57,914 bases of DNA from Octopus bimaculoides (Eukaryota). Position 1 is the first letter of the stretch, and the number at the start of each line of letters is the position of its first letter. Location: the NCBI RefSeq assembly GCF_001194135.2, contig NC_068986.1, positions 83,977,691 to 84,035,604 on the forward strand, written 5' to 3'. Position numbers and translations under genes: made by a program. The notes beneath the pieces were generated by a model. It was not told the origin of the DNA. It did no database searches and saw nothing but the letters and a program-made list of their open reading frames with translations. This document shows positions 51,660 to 57,914 of this stretch, piece after piece.

Positions 51660-52056
51660 TCCAGGAAATCCTCGGAACTTTCCAGGAAATATCCGGAAAT
51701 TTCCAGGAAGTTGCTCATAAATCCTCGGAATATTCCAGAAAGTTGCTCCCANNNNNNNNNNTCCAGGAAATATCCGGAAATTTCCAGGAAGTTGCTCATA
51801 AATCCTCGGAATATTCCAGAAAGTTGCTCCCAAATCCACGGAACTTTCCAGGAAGTTGCTCCTAAATCATCGGAACTTTTCAGGAAGTTGCCTCTAAATC
51901 ACCGGATCTTTCCAGGATTTAAAAGTACTTTTCTGGAAAGTTCCGAGAATTTAGGAGCAACTTCCTTGAAAGTCCTGATGATTTAAGAGCAACTTCCTGG
52001 AAAGTTCCGAGGATTTATGAGCAACTACATGGAAAGTTACGAGGATTTAGGAGCTT
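51660..52056. repeat. 32-bp-unit minisatellite in foldback arrangement
   Basis: gttgc at 51791/51823/51855/51887 (32-bp period); reversed agcaac/agc at 51956/51988/52020/52052; centre palindrome AAAAGTACTTTT at 51921-51932. Confidence 0.9.
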
Positions 52057-52154
52057 CTTCCTGTTACGGAGGGAGGCATTTTATCGATCTTCTTTGCTGA
52101 ACCGCTAGGTTATGGGTGGGATGGGTAAGTTTATCGAACTCCATCGCCGAACCG

Positions 52155-53049
52155 CTGACTTCGTACGTACGCACGTACGTACGAACGTACGCATGCACGT
52201 ACGTACGCACCTCCGTACGCACTTACGTACGCACGTACATATGCACTACGTATGCACGTATGCACGTACGTAAGCACGTACGTAAGCACGTACGTAAGCA
52301 CGTACTTAAGCACGTACGTACGAACGTATTGTGCACGTACGTACGGACGTACGTATCCACGTACGCATCCACGTACGTATCCACGTACGTACGCACGTAC
52401 TGTGCACGTGCATACAGACGTAGTACGAACGTACGTATGCACGTACGTACGGGTATATGTATGCATTACGTACGGACGTATGTATGCACGTACGTACAAA
52501 TGTACGTATGCACGTTCGAACGGATGTAGTATGCACGTACGTACGCACGTACATATCCATGTACGGACGTACGTATGCATGTACGTATAGACGTACGTAT
52601 GCACGTACGTACAGACCTACGTATGCACGTTTGTACGTACTACTTACGTACGTATGCACGTACGTATGCACGTACGTATGCACATACGTACCGTAAAACG
52701 TTTGCAATTACATACGCATGCACGGACGTACGTACGTACGTATGCACGTACGTACACACTTACGTATGCACGTACGTACATTTACATCTACGTACGTATG
52801 CACGTACGTACGTATGCACGTACGTACGTATGCACGTACGTACGTATGCACGTACATACGTATGCACGTACGTATGCAAGTACGTACGAACGTACGTTTG
52901 CACGTACATACGGTCGTACGTATGCACGTTGTTATGCACGTACGTATGCACATACTTACAGACGTATGTAAGCACGTACGTGCGCACGTACGTACGAATG
53001 TACGTATGCAATTACATACGGACATACGTATGCACTACGTACGCACGTA
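52155..53049. repeat. CpG-rich (cgtacgtatgca)-type satellite block
   Basis: Same unit mix as 50000-51070. Confidence 0.95.
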
Positions 53050-53860
53050 GATGAATCGGACCTATTTTCGTAACCTTAATAATAGAAATCAGTGTTTTCA
53101 TTCCGGCTAGGCTTAAGAACTTGTTGTTAAATAGTGTGGTTTGAGCAGGTCATGCTGTGTGTTTAGCAGAATTTCGAGGGGATTGATGTACTTTAAGCTC
53201 GCCTTCGATGATCATACTGTAAACGCTAACCTTTATGCTCAACAACCACAGCGAGCAATAGCTGGACTATCTAGTCTTTATGTAAGAAAAGAGGTGCAAG
53301 CTTTCAGTAATATGATTGTGTAGATCGCGATCTACTTTAGTTTTTTTAATTCTAAATATGCACGATGAAAGGAATTCATATCATTTGTGGGAGTAAAATA
53401 GATTGAAGTTGACAAAGTTTGTTGTTGATTTTGTATGGTTTGTTATGTGAGGTAACTTCCCAAGCGGTGTATTAGAAGCTTTTTATTTTCATATGAAATC
53501 AGGTTTGTATATTTGTGTTGTTGAATTAATGTTTGTCATGGTTAAATCTACATTCAAAAGAGTTTGCACTTAATTGAATTTATGAAAAAAACAGAGAGAT
53601 GTTAGAGAGTGGGAGAGTGAAGGTTTTCCAGGAAAGTAGCGGATGTCGGAATGTTGTTGAAGTAAAGGGGTGGTATGAACAGTTGCACAATAAACTATTT
53701 CTGTAGCAAACGTTTTTCTAGAAGAGGGCATGCTTTCTATGGTGGCAGTTGCGATTATTTGCATTATTGTCAACGGAATCTTGGTTTAGTTTCGCTTGGT
53801 TGGAAGTAGCTATTATTTAAGAGAAGTTATGCGTCTTAGAGTAAGAGATTTTTATGATAT

Positions 53861-55230
53861 TACTAGCAGAAATACCCGGCTTTGCCCGGGTTAAAGAGAA
53901 TAATGAAATCTAAAAACGCCGTCTAGACTACGCAACCCTCAACTGTTAGTAGCTACGATACCATATTTCTACATTAATAACTCTCCAATCCATGCCAGCA
54001 TGGAACATAGACATTAAGTGGAATGCCAGTCTCTCATCTAGGAGGGCCTTGAAATCAATGTTACCAACTGGGGACTATGTGTGTCGCAGTGATAATAAAA
54101 AGACCCAAAGGAGGTCTGCAACGAAATAATTTTACTCAACACTTTGCAAGTGAATCAGTGGAGGCAAAGATGCGTCTCATTTACTTGACAATTTATNNNN
54201 NNNNNNNNNNNNNNNNNNNNNNNNNNNNNNNNNNNNNNNNNNNNNNNNNNNNNNNNNNNNNNNNNNNNNNNNNNNNNNNNNNNNNNNNNNNNNNNNNNNN
54301 NNNNNNNNNNNNNNNNNNNNNNNNNNNNNNNNNNNNNNNNNNNNNNNNNNNNNNNNNNNNNNNNNNNNNNNNNNNNNNNNNNNNNNNNNNNNNNNNNNNN
54401 NNNNNNNNNNNNNNNNNNNNNNNNNNNNNNNNNNNNNNNNNNNNNNNNNNNNNNNNNNNNNNNNNNNNNNNNNNNNNNNNNNNNNNNNNNNNNNNNNNNN
54501 NNNNNNNNNNNNNNNNNNNNNNNNNNNNNNNNNNNNNNNNNNNNNNNNNNNNNNNNNNNNNNNNNNNNNNNNNNNNNNNNNNNNNNNNNNNNNNNNNNNN
54601 NNNNNNNNNNNNNNNNNNNNNNNNNNNNNNNNNNNNNNNNNNNNNNNNNNNNNNNNNNNNNNNNNNNNNNNNNNNNNNNNNNNNNNNNNNNNNNNNNNNN
54701 NNNNNNNNNNNNNNNNNNNNNNNNNNNNNNNNNNNNNNNNNNNNNNNNNNNNNNNNNNNNNNNNNNNNNNNNNNNNNNNNNNNNNNNNNNNNNNNNNNNN
54801 NNNNNNNNNNNNNNNNNNNNNNNNNNNNNNNNNNNNNNNNNNNNNNNNNNNNNNNNNNNNNNNNNNNNNNNNNNNNNNNNNNNNNNNNNNNNNNNNNNNN
54901 NNNNNNNNNNNNNNNNNNNNNNNNNNNNNNNNNNNNNNNNNNNNNNNNNNNNNNNNNNNNNNNNNNNNNNNNNNNNNNNNNNNNNNNNNNNNNNNNNNNN
55001 NNNNNNNNNNNNNNNNNNNNNNNNNNNNNNNNNNNNNNNNNNNNNNNNNNNNNNNNNNNNNNNNNNNNNNNNNNNNNNNNNNNNNNNNNNNNNNNNNNNN
55101 NNNNNNNNNNNNNNNNNNNNNNNNNNNNNNNNNNNNNNNNNNNNNNNGAGTTTTAGGGATTCACACAGACAGACAGACAGACAGACAGACAGATAGACAG
55201 ACACACATTCTCATTTTTATATATAGAGAT
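53861..55230 (+). mobile_element. Non-autonomous Helitron/Helentron-associated (HINE, DINE-1/Lep1-like) element spanning a gap
   Basis: Starts tACTAGCAG followed by hairpin ACCCGGC-TTT-GCCCGGGT (53874-53891); ends (CAGA)n...cattctcatttttatatatagagat. This layout is typical of HINEs. Confidence 0.55.
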
Positions 55231-57040
55231 TATGCATTAGTTTGTATTTTTTATCTGCTAGACGGAAAATATTTCCGTAAAAGTTGAAATAGACTTTTGC
55301 TATTGGGTTTTACTTGTAAGTTGTATGGTGGTTCGTCCCATGTGCTTCTTTTTCTCTCTGTGTGGAGTTATATAACTTTCATATATTTATATATATATAT
55401 AAATTCATCAAAAATTTATATTCAGATGAATATGGTACTTAAGTTGAGGCACCAGAATTTAGTACGGTATTATCCATACAATTTCAAAATAAGGTGATTA
55501 GAATCAAACTAAGCAACAAAGATATCCAGATGTACTGCGGTACGATCGTTTCACGCAACTCCTTGTTGCTGATATGTGTGCGCGCGCGTCTTGTTCAAAT
55601 ATATTTGCCAAATGGACGTTCAACCGTCTTTCTTTAGTTGTGTTAAAGGAGGGGTAATTATTACAGAGGACTTTAGGCATAACTCATTTCCTAGATAAAT
55701 ACTTATTTCTAGTCAGTTCTCAAAGTTTCTTTGAGTATCAAAACTTATGAATTCGTATTTTCACAGTCGGCCATAATACGAACCATATTTCAAGAGCATC
55801 ACCACCTACATCTAACAGCTACCCACCACACTCAACTACCACATATTTCTATATTTCTACCACCACTGTCACCCGATTGTATCACCTACACTTCACCGTC
55901 CATCATACACTAGAGTCAACAACTACACCAATTATATTTCATCACCACGGTGAATCATTACCCTAACTACGTCTTCTACTCCACATCATTACCATCATCT
56001 ATACACAATAGTAAACCAACATCCCAATAACATTTATATACAACAGTTAACCAGCGCCAAAACTATATCCTCCACTTCAGACAATCGACACCGTACACCA
56101 TGAATCATACATCACAGTCAGTTACAACCTCGACTATATTTCTACACCACAACTATTGCGATAGCTATATCCGCAACTCTTTATCATCACCGCTATAAAC
56201 AACATCCATACCCAACAGCCACCTACGAATTGTATTTTTTTCCTTACAACTATCAACCCAACTATATTCTCCGTTCTGCACCATCACCGTCATACATTAT
56301 TCTACGAAATATAATTATCTCCGATTTCTATATTTATTTGTTTAAGAATAATCGGGTTATCTTGTTATTCTATTGTCTTTTGATGTGTTCCTAATGAAGC
56401 ACAGTTTTCGATCACGGTTTTCTGGAGCGGATTTATGTATACAGATATACAGACACTGACACACAGACACAGACACAGACACAGACACAGACACACATAC
56501 ACATACACACACACACACATATACACACACACAAACACACTCTCGCTAATACGCGCATACAAAGACTATTCGTTTACGAATATAAATATACACAGTGGGG
56601 CGAATACTGAATATGATTATATACTCTCATGGATATGTACATATGGTCATGCAAACAAAAAAATACATGCATAGATACATGTATACATACAAACATTTAT
56701 GTTCATGTTTCTATATGTGTTCATACTTATGTGAATGTAACTATGTACGCATGAACGGTTTTCATGCACCATGTATTTCAAATCTTTTACCCTTACTGCT
56801 TTCCTATTTTTTTCATACACGATCCCTTTATAATACCCTTCAATTGTCTACCACACTAAATACATCATCATTACCATAATCATCTAATACATCATCATCA
56901 TCATCATCATCATCGTAATCGTCGTCGTCATCATCACTTACTCCCATTTTGGCTTTATATACATATATGTATATATAAGTGTGTGTTTGTGTATATATGT
57001 ATATATACAAATATATAAAATAAAATATCATATATATATA

Positions 57041-57437
57041 GACACAGGAGTAGTTGTGTGGTAAGTAGCTTGCATACCAACTACATGGTTCCGGGTTCAG
57101 TTCTACTGCGTGGAACCTTGGGCAGGTGTCTTAAACTATAGCCACGGGCCGACCGAAAGAGATTTGGTAGACGGAAACTGAAAGAAACCCGTCGTATATA
57201 TATATATTTATGTATGTGTGTGCGTATGTTTGTGCATATGTGTTTGCACCCCCCTCCACCATCGCTTGATAACGGATGTTGGTGTGTTTATGTCCCCGTA
57301 ACCTAGATGTTCGGCAAAAGAAACCGATGAAATAAGTAGTAGGCTTACAAAGAATAAGTCATGGGGTCGACTTGTTCGACTAAAGGCGGTGCTCTAGCAT
57401 GGCTGCAGTGAAATGACTGAAACAAAATTAAAAGAAT
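57041..57437 (+). mobile_element. Full-length tRNA-derived SINE (4821 family)
   Basis: Collinear with 4821-5226. Confidence 0.85.
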
Positions 57438-57469
57438 ACACACACACACACGCACGCACGCACACATAA

Positions 57470-57914
57470 CATCTCCGAGACATCAGACACGGCAACGACA
57501 GCCCGGTCTCGCGCCATTTCCGCTCTACAGGTCATTCTTTACAACACATGTCTGTGTTTTCGTATTGTCCTTGCACAGGCACCATCCAGACTTCTATCTT
57601 CACCGTGAACAGGAATTAAACTTCTCTCTTCGCTCCTTTGCGTCACATGGGCTCAACTCCCCTTCCCCTCTTCATCTAACTCCACTCCTCTCTTCTTTTG
57701 TTCCCATCACACTACTTCCTATCTTCACTCCCACCCACCTCTCCTCTCTTGCTCTGACACCTACTTCTTCTGTTCACTTCTACCCACCTTCTCCTTTCCA
57801 CACTATCCCTTCATCGTTACCCCTTCACCTACAACCCACCCCTACACAACCCACCCCACCATCCCTATACATCCGAATCCCACCTCACTCACCCCACACA
57901 TTCCACTCCCACAT
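57470..57914 (+). mobile_element. Penelope-like element 3' fragment (GIY-YIG endonuclease C-terminus and pyrimidine-rich tail)
   Basis: HLRDIRHGNDSPVSRHFRSTGH...(frameshift) REQELNFSLRSFASHGLNS resembles the Penelope endonuclease C-terminus. Confidence 0.65.

Noticed and set aside
51660-52056. CRISPR-like 32-bp periodicity
   Set aside because: The units are contiguous without unique spacers, half are inverted, and the context is eukaryotic with no cas genes.
37843-53054. Dozens of long R/S/F/V/T/Y-rich ORFs in the ORF track
   Set aside because: They are translations of 4-nt repeat units that rarely form stops; they overlap in all frames and have no splice or domain signal.
17732-55204. ORFs containing long X runs (17732, 22654, 25666, 29897, 45931, 54077 etc.)
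   Set aside because: Created by N gaps and flanking microsatellites.
55790-56330. Thr/His/Pro-rich mucin-like reading
   Set aside because: Degenerate CAC/CAT low-complexity DNA with stops in the frame read and no splice framework.

Overview
Eukaryotic, AT-rich, repeat-dense genomic scaffold with many N gaps. The repeat families and microsatellites suggest an octopus/cephalopod genome (inference). No rRNA, true tRNA gene or CRISPR array is supported. The one well-supported protein-coding gene is on the + strand and can be assembled from six coding exons (14078-14153, 20034-20597, 23437-23469, 26958-27536, 31849-32433, 33562-34106) joined by phase-1 GT-AG introns. The 2382-nt CDS encodes about 793 aa: a signal peptide plus four tandem von Willebrand factor A (VWA) domains, each in its own exon, each flanked by Cys and each with an intact MIDAS motif. 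The rest of 1-37.8 kb is decayed mobile DNA: a Ty3/Gypsy element lacking RT/RNase H, a separate LTR carrying HSE + kappaB + TATA motifs, mariner and DD41D-like transposase relics, RTE/CR1/R4-Dong/Penelope LINE fragments and many tRNA-derived SINEs. About 37.9-53.05 kb is a 15-kb, extremely CpG-rich (CGTT/AACG/TACG) satellite with strand inversions, higher-order structure, an inserted SINE with a target-site duplication, and a 32-bp-unit foldback carrying heat-shock-element-like motifs. The window ends with a HINE/Helentron-like element, a SINE and a Penelope fragment.
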